DNA from: Macrostomum hystrix
Taxonomy: Eukaryota > Animalia > Platyhelminthes
Length of the DNA: 64,000 nt
NCBI GenBank assembly: GCA_950097015.1
Contig: CATNEN010000001.1
Span: 19,034,001 to 19,098,000, forward strand
Reading direction: 5' to 3'
The position numbers were made by a program, and so were the translations under genes. The notes under the pieces are model-generated. The model made no database searches. It worked only from the letters and a program-made list of their open reading frames with translations, and was not told the DNA's origin. Numbering within the stretch: the stretch's first letter is position 1; each line of letters opens with the position of its first letter. This document shows positions 48,213 through 60,310 of this stretch, piece by piece.

Positions 48213-50309
48213 ATGAAGTTCTTGATCGTATTCGAGGCCGACAGGCAGGTTATCGAAATTGAGGAAAGTGATTTAGTTGAATGTGAAAAGTTGAAAAGTC
48301 TGACAGTAACTGAGTTGTCACTGTTAAGAGACAGTGAAGAGAGGTGGCACTGCACGGCCAAATATGCAGGCTGTGTCTACGCTGCTGAAGTCCTCCAGGT
48401 ATACATGGATGACACTCTGGAGCCACCCAGCCTAAGCTTTGTCCGCAAGCTGATTCAGAAGAAACGGACAATTGTCGAAATAATTCGGCAATTGAAACCG
48501 AGGGTGCTCAACGCTGAAGATATGCGGCGGGCGCGACGCGATTTTCAGTGTGTTGTAAGTTACATTTTTTCTGTTTAAAAGTCTCATCCTAGATTCTCAT
48601 CCTAGATTCTCATTCATCGATTATCTTAAATTCTAATCCTAGATTATCATTCTAGATTATCATTCTAGATTCTCATCCTAGATTTTAATCCATCGATTAT
48701 CCATCGATTATCTTAGATTCTCATCCTTGATTCTGATCCTAGATTCTCATCATCAAGAACCCTCATATATTTTGCTGTTTAAAAGTCACGTTATTCATTT
48801 TTAGTTACATTCTGTTTTGTCTGTCCACTGTCTCTTTTTCTCCATCTCCATACGCACACATCTACCTATCTTACCTATCTACCTATCTCTATCTACCTAT
48901 CGAATCTCAATAAATCGATAATGAATAATCAATCACTAACAACGATTATCCACCAAAATTGGATTATCTAATTACAATCACTATTATTGATAATCAATCA
49001 ATATTGATAATCATCCAATGCCAGTAACCCCAACCTTTTCCTGACTTATTTATCCTCCAACTTATCCGACCTAACAGGACGTATCCACTGGTTCTGCGTC
49101 CGACACCGACGGCTTTTTTGGATGTTCGGAGGAGCCAGTTGAATCTGAAGCGCCGATTCTAAAGCTGCCCTACGTAGACGTGCCGTCTACTGTCGCAAAG
49201 CTGGTGCCACTGCCGTCTACGATTCCGAAATCTGCGTCCACAGCATCTGCAAAAGCCGCGGCAGCTAAGGCGGCAGCTGCAAAGGCAGCAGCGGAAGCAG
49301 AGGCAGCAGCGGAAGCAGAGGCAACAGCGGAAGCAGCAGAAGCAGCGGAAGCAGAGGCAGCAGCGGTGGAAGCAGAGGCAGATACAGAAGCAGCGAAAGC
49401 AGACGATGCCGAGGTGACTTCAGCAGTTTTCCGAAACATCCCGGGCATCTCCATCACACGACTGGAGCAGCAAATACAGTCGGAGGTGGATTTCCCATTA
49501 GGAAGCAATCGCGGCCTTCTGTACATCGCCCTGCTCGCATTGCGCGAGAGTACCCAAGCGAATAAGAAGATGGAAGCCAGACAGGAGAAACTAGCCAACG
49601 AGCTGGCCTCCGTTAAGGAGGAAGTGCAGCAACTGCGCCTGTCGATAGCGAAAGACCAGCAGCCAGTGCAACAGCTCCAGTTATGGCCCTTCGACTCTTG
49701 GGAGACGTATGTCCACTACGCGGAAAACACGCCTGCAGAGTGGACTTACCAGTTAAAACAAGCCCTGCCCAACCTAAAAACGGCGACTGTCGCAGCCACC
49801 TTCCGCTCGTGGTTAGACACCTGCTTGACTTCAGAGATGCAGATTAAGGTTAATTACAGCGGTGTAGGCCTTCGCGCAAAATGCATCCAGACGGAGTCGT
49901 AACGCGGTTGTCCGACACGGAACTTGGGTTCAGGAGCGTCCTTTTGCGACATGTCCAGAATGCCGCCACCAGCATCTACGGCCCGACTATCACAGTGGAC
50001 GCCGTCGAATGGATGACGGCCACGTTCGTCGGTAGCCGCATCGTCGACATGCTCCATCGAGCCAAGGACCGCCGAGGAGCCAGACCGCATCGACGCCTGT
50101 CAGTTTCAGGTCCAGGGTCATCTGCCACGAGTTCGCCAGCCGTCGCCCCGCCAGCCGGCGGTAAAAGACCTGGCTCGCAGCTCAGTCATGCCTCGCAAAA
50201 AAGGCATTCTTTGCAGCCGCATCACAGTCGAGCAGCTCCAACTGAGCTGTTGGAGTGCTCCGATGAGGAGGCTGATTGCCTGATGAGCTACATGACTGAG
50301 GAGGACTAA
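48213..50309 (+). CDS. CACTA ORF2, DUF4806/BEN-like DNA-binding protein; exons 48213-48554 and 49078-50309, frameshift at the A-run near 49880
   Basis: In-frame GTAAGT/CTAACAG splice, Ala/Glu linker, coiled coil, then WPF..VNYSG..LHRAKDRRGAR. Divergent from transposase B. Confidence 0.75.
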
Positions 50310-50639
50310 GTCCCAGGTCCCTACCAGTTGCGGGACCTGGTTGATTTGTTATAAAAGATAAGTAGCGTTTGAATTTCATGTCTTTCATAGTCATATCTTA
50401 TAATGGAACAAAAACACAGAAGCATCTTGTCTTTTGCATCAATTACATAATGAATAATTTTTTCCAGTTCTACCATTGTGCCGGGACGTCTACCGGTTGC
50501 GGGACCTGGTTGACTGGCCATAAAAGATAAGTAGCGTTTGAATTTCATGTCTCCAATGTTTAATCTTATGCTCGATCTTGTATTTCAACTCATTCTGAAT
50601 CTCATGTTTGATCTTATGCTCAATCTCATATTTCCGCTT

Positions 50640-51160
50640 ATTAAGAATCTTTGCTTCATCTCGTTTACAATCTCAAATCTTATGTACCTCAATCCATATA
50701 CATCTCATATCTCATATCTTTGCTTCATCTCGTTTACAATCTCAAATCTAATGTACCTCAATCCATATACATCTCATATCTCATATCTTTGCTTCATCTC
50801 GTTTACAATCTCAAATCTAATGTACCTCAATCCATATACATCTGGATTCTATCTCACTCGATCTCTATTCTCTGCATTGATGTACATGTGTATGTAAACA
50901 TGTAATTTTACAGTAAACCTTGCACATACAACTAGTCGTGCATACTTTCCAATTTCTCCAGCAAACCAGTCAGCCGGTTACGCGACGACATGGTCGACTG
51001 GCGGAGGTGGCATGACAGGGACAACTGGCGCAGGTGGCATGACAGGGACAACTGGCGCAGGTGGCATGACAGGGACGACTGGCGGAGTTGGCACAACTAG
51101 GACGACTGACTGGCGCGCAGGTGGCTTGACAGGGACGACTGGCAGAGCTGACAGGGACAA
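50640..51160. repeat. 69-bp tandem repeat (50640-50845) and 27-bp tandem repeat (50995-51160)
   Basis: Units visible. Confidence 0.85.
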
Positions 51161-51223
51161 AATGTGGACTAATTTTCGTGCTTTGTATTTACTTAAAAAC
51201 GTATACCGTACTGTCTTTGCATG

Positions 51224-52078
51224 TGTAGTGAGCCGTAGCTTAGGTGGCTCCCTTTTCCCGGCACTGAGTGGCTGTCCGGCCCGCCCTCTCTGGCGCTGTC
51301 CGGTCTGCCCTATTTGTCCTCCCTTTCCCACGGCAGCGCTTGCACTTAGAGTGTGTTGTCTCCCCCAGGGATGAGTCATCACCTCTTTGTCCCGCGCTGG
51401 CCAGTCCCTTTCTTTGTGTGTGCGTTTGTCTGCACTCAGTCAGCGCATGATTCTCCTCATGTGACTGGCCTCTCTCTTTGTCTCCTAAAGTGCACGTAAA
51501 CATGTTTACTGCACTTGGGGCTTTGATTATGGGACAGGAGCCTACGTAGGAGTGACGTTTTGGCGCCACTGACGTCAGTTGCTATTTTTAGAAATCACGT
51601 GAGCCCATCACGTGCTTTCTAACGTAGCACTGACCCTATGGGAGGCCCCTGCCTATAAAAGAAAGGCCCCGCTCCTCTGGTTCTCTAACCCTTCTATCCC
51701 TTGTTTAAACCTTCTCTTGATAACCGTCGTTCTTAACTTGTTCTCTGTGCCATCAGTGTCTAAGTTTCCTACTTCAGTCTCTGCATGTGACTGCTCGTAA
51801 GCTCAGTTCTGGCTAAGTCCCGAAACTAACTTAGCCTTCCACCCCACCATCCGAGCTACGCAGGACACTGACAGCCTGTAATTGCAACTGGAACTCTGCA
51901 CTGTGTGCTTCTCGAGACTTTGTGACTTCGTTTCTTTCGGGCCAAGGATCCTTCACCTCACCGAAGGCAGAAGTCCTGACGCCCTGGTGGCAGCGCTACT
52001 ACTACACTACCTGATATTCTTGGACTTCATATTGGAGTCCGCCGGATCCTCATTGTTAGCAGGACGACCGGTACAACA
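51224..52078 (+). mobile_element. Solo LTR (855 bp)
   Basis: TGTAGTG...GTACAACA ends, TSD CATG and TATAAAA at ~51654. An empty-site duplicate lies at 52624-52687. Confidence 0.92.
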
Positions 52079-52099
52079 CATGATGACACTCTAAGTCTA

Positions 52100-52615
52100 A
52101 AACTCTCTCTCTCCACCATCTCTCTATATCTCACCATCTCTCTCCATCTCTCTAAATCTCTCTATCTCTCTCTATATCGCTCTATCTCTCTCTATATCTC
52201 TCCATCTCTCTCTAAATCTCTCCATCTCTCTAAATCTCTTTATCTCTCTCTAAATCTCTCCATTTCTCTCTAAATCTCTCCATCTCTCTCTAAATCTCTT
52301 CATCTCTCTCCATCTCTCTAAATCTCACCATCTCTCTCTATCTCTCTAAATCTCTTTATCTCTCTCTAAATCTCTCCCTCTCTCTAAATCTCTTCATCTC
52401 TCTCTAAATCTCTCCACCTCTCTAAATCTCACTATCTCGTTCCATCTCTCTCTAAATCTCTTCATCTCTTTCCACCTCTCTCTAAATCTCTCCATCTCTC
52501 TCTAAATCTCACCTCTCTCTATATCTCACTATCTCTCTCTATATCTCACCTCTTTCTAAATCTCACCATATCTCTCTATATCTCTCCATCTCTCTCCATG
52601 TCTCTCTATATCTAA
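52100..52615. repeat. CT-rich degenerate microsatellite
   Basis: (TCTCTCTAAA/TCTCTCCA)n. Confidence 0.92.
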
Positions 52616-53160
52616 TTGTATATCTTTGTATTTACTTAAAAACGTATACCGTACTGTCTTTGCATGATGTCACTCTCAGTCTAAAACATTGCAATATAAA
52701 TGATGTCTGTAGTTTCGTTACTCTTCTTTTTAATCATGGCTTTTCCCTTTCTGAATGCGCTTTATAACATGTTTCATATGCATATTCAGCATATTCAGGA
52801 ATAATGCTGCTCTGTGCGACCGATTCGCTTTGAAATTGATAAAAAATCTGTACCTTTAGCTGCGTCAAAAGTATTCAATGAGACTAGAAGAGACATATTC
52901 GTAAACCATTTATAGCGGTGACGAATAGAAAATTTACATGAGCATGTTCAATTTTATTTATTTAAAGTGATTGACGCTTTATATATACGGCGTGCATACA
53001 ACAAAATGAAACATACGTATGAAAAGTACATGGTCAGGAGGGAGGGGGCAGCGTGGCGAGCGGAGCTGCTGGGGCAGGAGCGGAGCTGCTGGGCAGGAGC
53101 GGAGCTACTGGGCAGGAGCGGAGCTGCTGGGCAGGAGCGGAGCTGCTGGGGCAGGAGCGG

Positions 53161-54224
53161 AACTAATGCGAAACTAAAAATTTAAATTCTTTTATTTGAT
53201 CTCTCTCTGACTTATCATGTCATTAAAGGCATTAATAAAATTAATTAAAACTTTAAATAACTGACTTCCCTGTACACCTGGGAACATTCGCAAATACAAC
53301 TCAACTCGGATTCCTGCGAAATCTACTGCATCTAACTACCACACTTCCTCTCACCCTACTGCTCTCCCTCTCACTCTACTGATCTCCCTCTCACCCTACT
53401 GCTCTCACTCTCACCCTACTGCTCTCCCTCTCACCCTACTGCTCTCCCTCTCACCCTACTGCTCTCCCTCTCACCCTACTGATCTCCCTCTCACCCTACT
53501 GCTCTCACTCTCACCCTACTGCTCTCCCTCTCACCCTACTGCTCTCCCTCTCACGCTACTGCTCGGTGTCCCAATAGATTTGAGCACAGTTTATCGAGTG
53601 GGATTCAATTGAAAATCAATCTAGAAATGATTTCCTACACGACTGAGTTGGTTTCATGATTTCAAATGATTTCCACTCGAACTTATTAACCTGGAAAGTC
53701 ACCTAGAAAATTTTATATTGACTCTGACTATGTCAGTACACTATATGGCTGTCGTCGGTGTCCCAATAGATTTGAGCAGTTTATCGAGTGGGATTCAATT
53801 GAAAATCAATCTAGAAATGATTTCCTACACGACTGAGTTGGTTTCATGATTTCAAATGATTTCCACTCGAACTTATTAACCTGGAAAGTCAAAGCTTAAA
53901 AAATACAGCGCAGCCTACTAACAGTAGACTTTGAGGATATGCCCCGAATTTAATTTACCCTTCTCACCCACCTCCCACCGGCGGGATCCCACCGGTTTGG
54001 CTATACGCCCCGCCGGCGGGGCGCTTGGCCAAACCGTACGCCTCCCCACCGGCACCCGGCGGGAGGGCGCATAGTGGGGCGTACAGAGGGGCGCATAGTA
54101 AATGCACCTAACGGCCGTGGACTAGCCGGCCCCAGCTCACGGTAAAAATTAGACGGCTAGCCCAGGTCACCTCACCGTGCCATGAGTCCGGCTAGACGAG
54201 TGCAGCTCATGAGCTCCCTGTGGG
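53161..54224 (-). repeat. Right subterminal/terminal region
   Basis: Inverted homology to 8660-9005 and 39160-39667. Motif clusters CTATACGCC/GGCGCATAG, TCCCACCGG and CTAGCC. Ends TCCCTGTGGG. Confidence 0.75.
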
Positions 54225-56814
54225 AACGTGAAGCGTGGGAACCCCATGATGAAGCGTGGTTGGCTGGGAGGGGTTGTTTACGCGAACTTGGGAACGAACT
54301 AGACGATGGTGCCATACATCCCTATTTGAGCGGGGGACAAAGGGGAACGAACTGTTTTTCCTCTTCCCACCAAAACTCGAATAGTAAAGAGCTCGTCGAG
54401 TCAAAACTTCAAATCTAATTCTATATCCTATACTAGCTAGAATTGTTAAATAGAAACCTTTTTTATTAGCTCAAATAAGAACTGACAGGTAAGCCAAGTT
54501 TAGGTGCCCATGTCGGTTTAATATTTTCGTATTTGTAATAATGTATTGTAAGAGTTTGTGGCATGTCAAAATCAATCCATATTTGTTATTTGACCCATGT
54601 CAGTTTAATATTTTCGTATTTGTAATAATGTATTGTAAGAGTTTGTGGCATGTCAAAATCAATCCATATTTGTTACTGCTGTATAATAATCTACATAGTT
54701 GGAAATTGAAATTGCTGGTATTATAAATATTACTATCAATATTAATAGTAGTGATAGCTCATTAATGCTGCCTGCTAATCAAGCTTTTCATGCAGATCTA
54801 AACAGTGGCATACATAGCCTAGAAATCCATTCCAGGGGTCATTACTGTCTCGGGTGTTACGGCAAGCTCATGCTGATAATTTTCGCTAATTTTTGGTGCT
54901 CAGAATTCTGGTAATTCTAATGGGGCTCCAACCCCTCAGCCACATAGATCGTCACAGCGTCACCTATCCTATATGCAGAGGATAGGCCACCCTCTCCCAT
55001 TCAAATGCACGCTCTCCTATTTCCCCTGTGTTAGGCAGATTTCTGGTAACCCATATGTTACCAGTAATGTTACCAGTATGTTACCGGTAACCCAACATAT
55101 CAAGGTGTCAAATCTTAGATAGTCCAACTCTTAATCAGTGCACCCACACCTGCAGCCCGGAGAAATATGTAACATGCCCTGTGGCCTGTGACTATGACCT
55201 GTTAAGAGTGCCTTCAAGGAAGTGAATATTTCAGTCAAACCAATAAAGAAAAGTTGCGACACAGACTACTAGATGAGGAGTAGTATCAACTGTCAGTCGT
55301 TCTCACTCTGCATCTGGCGCAGGAGAAAAGGGGAATGACGGAGAGATCGGGAGAGAGCAGATGAAAAAAGCACTGTGGAAAGCGGCAGAATTTGAATGTA
55401 ATTGAAAGTTAGAAACAGGAACAGCCTCTATTTGTCAAAGTCAGTGTGTTAAATATAAGGAAAATGCCTGACCATAGCGGGCATGTCTCCTCGAGGCTGA
55501 TGCAGCAGAGGAGAATCTGAGAATCACATGGAATCGAGTCCTCGTTTAATTATTGGTATTAGCATGTAGCATTAATAGAATGGGACCATATAGAGCCAAA
55601 ACACATGTTTATAAAAAATGAGGGCCATTGCATTTGAATTCACATTGAACTGTAACTTTCACAAAAGCAATCAATATTTTTATAGATATTAACTCACACG
55701 CTCGTCCAAAGAGTCGAGCTGCAGGCTGATAGTAGCTAGCTCTGAGAGCAAAAGTATTGCAGTAACTTGAGGCTTGCCTAGAACCAGACAATGGCAGTTT
55801 GACAGCATAGACCTAGTCGTCCATTAGAGTCCATAATGTTGACAAGCGAACAGTCAGGCAGCAAGCAAGGCAGGCTGGAAATGTTTGTGGAAAATGTATT
55901 AATAATATCAATATTTAGTGCAAAAACTGAAAACCATGATTAAACTGTGATTACCTCTTTAAAAGTTGAAAAAACTCAAAGCTTGTGAAATGTGTGCAGC
56001 ATGTGTTTTGACTAGGGCCTGTTAAGAGTACCTTCAAGGAAATGAATATATCAGTCCCACTGGTAGCTATAGAATACTTAAATAGCTGTTCCAAGACCAA
56101 AAAATTCACCATGACCATGCTAAATAATTCCTGAAGAAAAAGTTTCAAAGTAGAACTAATTTTCAAGTTAAGAATTCGAAATTGTATTTCATGAATTTTT
56201 TATGCTTTTTCCTATTAATAGCAATGGTGACATGTTACAGTTTTGGATTTTCTAACTTGACCATTTTGTGGCCCTATAATATGGTATTACTTGACATGCC
56301 TATAGACTCCAAAAATATATAGTTTGCCAATGAAGAGTAGGTAAATAGTTCATGTGACAGACATGTGATTTACATATTGCTAAAAACTTAATTTTAGATG
56401 GGACCTACTAGCGGCAATGAATTTCTTCGAAAGAAAGGCTGTGCTAGTAAGTGTTTTATATACAGTAAGACTTAAAGGAATTGGGCATTTCTGCACCTAC
56501 TAACTTGGTTTTTGTTCAGAATTGTACAGCTGACTGGAAAAAAAGAAAAGGGCAGCTTTCTTAGTTTTCTAAAAAATTGGTGACTGCCTTAAAAACTTGG
56601 TAAATATGCTTTCATGGATAATGCTGGTTTGGGTATTAATTTTTCATTTTTTTATTTAAACAGTTAATTCAGTAATGGTGTTGTTCTCTCCCCCAAGGTC
56701 AAGGGGAGATTAACTTAAGCATGGCCTCACTTTTAATTCTGCAGTTCTGGACAAAAGCCTAGTAGTGGAAATCTTGTTTAAATATTTTTACTATCACATA
56801 CCTCTTCATTTCAG

Positions 56815-57950
56815 CTTGGACTTCAGCATTGCTAGAGAAGTATAGGGGTCTAAGTATAGCAAAAAAAGAACGACTAAGAAAAGCTGCTAAAAATCGACCT
56901 CGCCCAATTGAAAGAATCATTCAGGACTTGGACAAACATAAAGAAACTTACATTGTTATTAGAATTACTGAACATGACAGAGCCAGTTATTACTGTTCTA
57001 AAGATGTCACTGGCACTTTGAGTGGACAGGTCCAAGAAGCATGTAGTTCTATTGTTGATTTTATAAGAGCAGATAAGCAAGCGCAACACAGGCTTCAAAA
57101 TTTGCAGCAGCTTCCTCAAACAGAAGGAAAGTTTGAAGAAATTATTAAAAAGGGTGTTGTCTACATGCGCAAAGAGCTTAGTAAAATAGCTAAGGACGCT
57201 TATGAAAGGGCAGGCAACTCTGGTGCAATTCAATGGGCACTTATAGCTTCTGATTTAGCTACAGGTCAGAAGAAAGGGCCAGGACGTTTTATTCCCAACT
57301 TCTCTTCACCCCATAATCTTAACCAACAGCAATGTGTTGCACAATTTCAGGCAATTTCTGATCATGGTGAAGTAAAATTTTGGTCTCATTCAGAATGGAA
57401 TGAGAGAAATGTAGCACCTACAATTAGCACAGAAGGTACTCTGGCAAACCAAAATCAAGCATTGCTTGTTGGCATGCAAGGTACTAGTGCAAATGGTAAT
57501 GATTCTGCAATAGTGGCTACACAGCAAAATGACTATGCTGCTGAGGCTGAGATAAGCCTCAATGAAGAATGTAGTCAAAGTGCAGAAGCATCACAAAGTA
57601 ATGTCAATGATATTACCAGTCTCAACATTACTACTTCAAATATCAATAGTATTGACAATTTATTCCAAAATCCAGATGCTTATTTAGAAGACATTCATTT
57701 GCAGCAACTTAGAAGTTCTCAAAATCAAGTAATACATAGTCACCTACGTCTTGCTCAGTTTTCGCAGAATTATTACCCAGGTATGTTATTGCCACAAGAA
57801 ATACAGATATCTGAGTCTCAAGTACCTCCTCAGGTACCTTTACAATTTTCATTACCAAGTCTGTCACATATGACACAGCAAAGTGCTGCTGAAGAACATG
57901 TTATCTCACAACAGCCAAACAGTAGGACAGTCCATCTTTTTCCTAGATAG
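56815..57950 (+). CDS. Large terminal exon of an unknown gene (basic N-terminal part, Q/S/N-rich tail); small upstream exons likely at ~56398-56446 and ~56520-56599
   Basis: 373-aa ORF preceded by a TTTCAG acceptor, with GT-AG-bounded segments upstream. No domain recognised. Confidence 0.6.
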
Positions 57951-58673
57951 ACTAGACTGCAAATTGTTAAATAAAACAGTTCAGTATATTGCACTTTATA
58001 GATAAGTCTTAAAAATTGACCAAAGCTCTGAATACCTTGCACTCTAAATCTATGGGCACTTCTGGAAACCTTCTCGCTTGGCAAAAATGGATAAAAATAT
58101 AGGTAGATTCAGCTGTCAACTCACTATTTAAATCTGAGATCCATATTTGCCATCTGGTGTGCCTGATAATCTTTTGTATACAGTTATTTTGCTACTATAC
58201 AAGGTGATAACCTTTATTCTAGCATTATAAAAATGTTTACAATAGAGAGCCAATTCTAGTTAAAAATTACCAATATATATTATGTTTTACATATAAATAT
58301 TTATTCAATCCTTAAACTGAAGGAATTCCTCTAGCCAAATAGGGTTGTAACTGTAACATTTATTCCAATAAAAACATATAATAGCTAAATTTAAGCTAAG
58401 AAATTAGTTTCTTCATATAGGACTAGCTACTTCTGTTCTGTCCTCTTCAAAAGAGACTTTAATTTTTTAAAGATTCGCATAGGGCATATCTATAGCTATG
58501 CTATAGCAAATGTTTACAAGAAACTCACATAGATAATTCACACAAATGATATATGTGATCCTACATTAGTACTACTGTTTGTTGTATCAACACTTCCTTG
58601 AATCATGTTTGTTAATTTCCAAGAAACATAATTTGCGTGATTAACGAGTTTGGCAATACATAAATAATTTCAG

Positions 58674-59822
58674 GCATCAAAGAAAAAATCAAGTGGACGA
58701 AAGAAGGGTCGGGCCGACGCCCGTCCCTTGCGGGCCCCGCCCCGCCCCCCGCCACCGCCAACGCCGCCACCATCGCCGCCACCGTCCGGGCTTCATATGC
58801 CCGGGTGGCCGGTGCTCCCCCCCCGATCCCGACCCAGCCTGCCCCTGCCCCAGTCCGCCCTCTTCTCCCCGCCCAACCCAACCTTCCAGCCCGCCCCATC
58901 CCTCCTCAACCCAACCCAGGCCCACAACCCACCCTTACGACCCCTGCCCCAGTCGGCCAACCCCCCGTCCAGCCCGCCCCATCCCTCCTCAACCCAACCC
59001 AGGCCCACAACCCACCCTTACCACCCCTGCCCCAGTCGGCCAACCCCCCGTCCAGCCCGCCCCATCCCTCCTCAACCCAACCCAGGCCCACAACCCACCC
59101 TTACCACCCCTGCCCCAGTCGGCCAACCCCCCCGTCCAGCCCGTCCCATCCCTCCCCAACCCAACCCAGGCCCAGCCCACCCTTCCCCCCGTTCCCACCA
59201 GCAGCAGCATAGTCGCCGCGGCCGCCCTCATCATCGGGGAGGCCGCAAGTGGCGTAATTGGAAGGCTAATGTGAGTTTCTGTGCCTTTATATAGTGTTGT
59301 TGACAAAGACCCTCCTAACTCTATAAATTAATTCTTCAGTGCAGTCAATAGCAGAAATATGCATTTATTCGTTGATTCGGGGTTTTGGGATTTACAGCTT
59401 TAATCCCAGATCCCAAGTCCTTCTCTGATCCACAAAGCCTTCTCCAAAATCCCACTTCTTCAGTTATTGACTTTATCATGCAATCATCCCCGTTCATTAG
59501 TTATCCTATTTCATGAGTTATCCCCGTTACTCAGTTATACAGGATTGTACTAACAACCGTCCTTCGTCCTTGCTCTATATTTTTCTTTTAAAAATTTGCA
59601 GAGAGACAGCGTGCGAGCCTACCTGCTCCTGATGGAGCAGGTAAAGCTCCGGAGTCTGTCCGCCTATTGCCGAGGGTGAGTAAATTTTTTGTCAGATTCA
59701 CAGCTAACGATGGAATCAATTCAATTGCCAGAAGGCCTTGTATTTTGCAGAAATATCGGTTTCATGCCGCCCTGGCATTGGGGCCCGGGCGGGCCGCCAG
59801 GAGGCGGCGGGATCGCTTTCTG
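58674..59822 (+). CDS. Spliced basic, proline-rich protein of unknown function (exons 58674-59270, 59602-59675, 59751-59822; incomplete)
   Basis: Three GTGAGT donors and CAG acceptors join in frame: ASKKKSSGRKK...GGRKWRNWKAN|RDSVRAYLLLMEQVKLR..|NIGFMPPWHWGPGG. Confidence 0.55.
58830..59180. repeat. 83-bp C-rich tandem repeat
   Basis: CCAGCCCGCCCCATCCCTCCTCAACCCAACCCAGGCCCAC units. Confidence 0.9.
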
Positions 59823-60099
59823 GTGAGTTCTGGGGAAGCAAAAATTTGGAAAAGTCGGTCCAGCCAAAAAATAAATACGCTATTTTCTGTCTATGTGTGC
59901 CTGATCCTGTCTATCTGCCCTGCCCCTGTGTAAATCGGGCAATTTTATTGGCCACAAGTCTTAGAAAAAAGGAAGATATCAGCTCCGCTTCCAGTCCAAA
60001 TTTTAATTTTAGAATGTGAATAGCAATTAAGCCGCCCCGAGTTATTCAGTTATTAAAAAATTCGTCACTAACTAAATTCGTCACTTCATCAGATATCCC

Positions 60100-60310
60100 C
60101 TTAAGCAGCTATCCCCTTTCACCAGTTATCCCCCATCTACAGTTATCCCATATCGGCAGAAATCCCATTTCATCAGATAGCCCACTTCAGGAGTAATCCC
60201 ACTTAACCTGTTATCTTACTTCAGCAGTTATCTAACTTCATCAGTAATTCAACTTCTGCAGTTTTCCCAGTGCAGCAGTTATCCCACTTCAGCAGTTATC
60301 CCACATCAGG
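60100..60310. repeat. ~17-bp degenerate repeat (CAGCAGTTATCCCACTT)
   Basis: Units visible. Confidence 0.75.

Larger units (their letters stand above)
8064..54224. mobile_element. Giant/compound CACTA-EnSpm (CMC) DNA transposon with cargo genes
   Basis: Ends are CCCGGTGGGA / TCCCTGTGGG, each flanked by AA. CTAT(A/G)CGCC motifs are clustered at both ends. 8660-9005 is inverted-homologous to 53254-53563. Contains CACTA-type transposases and DUF4806-type ORF2 genes. Exact boundaries are inferred. Confidence 0.6.
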
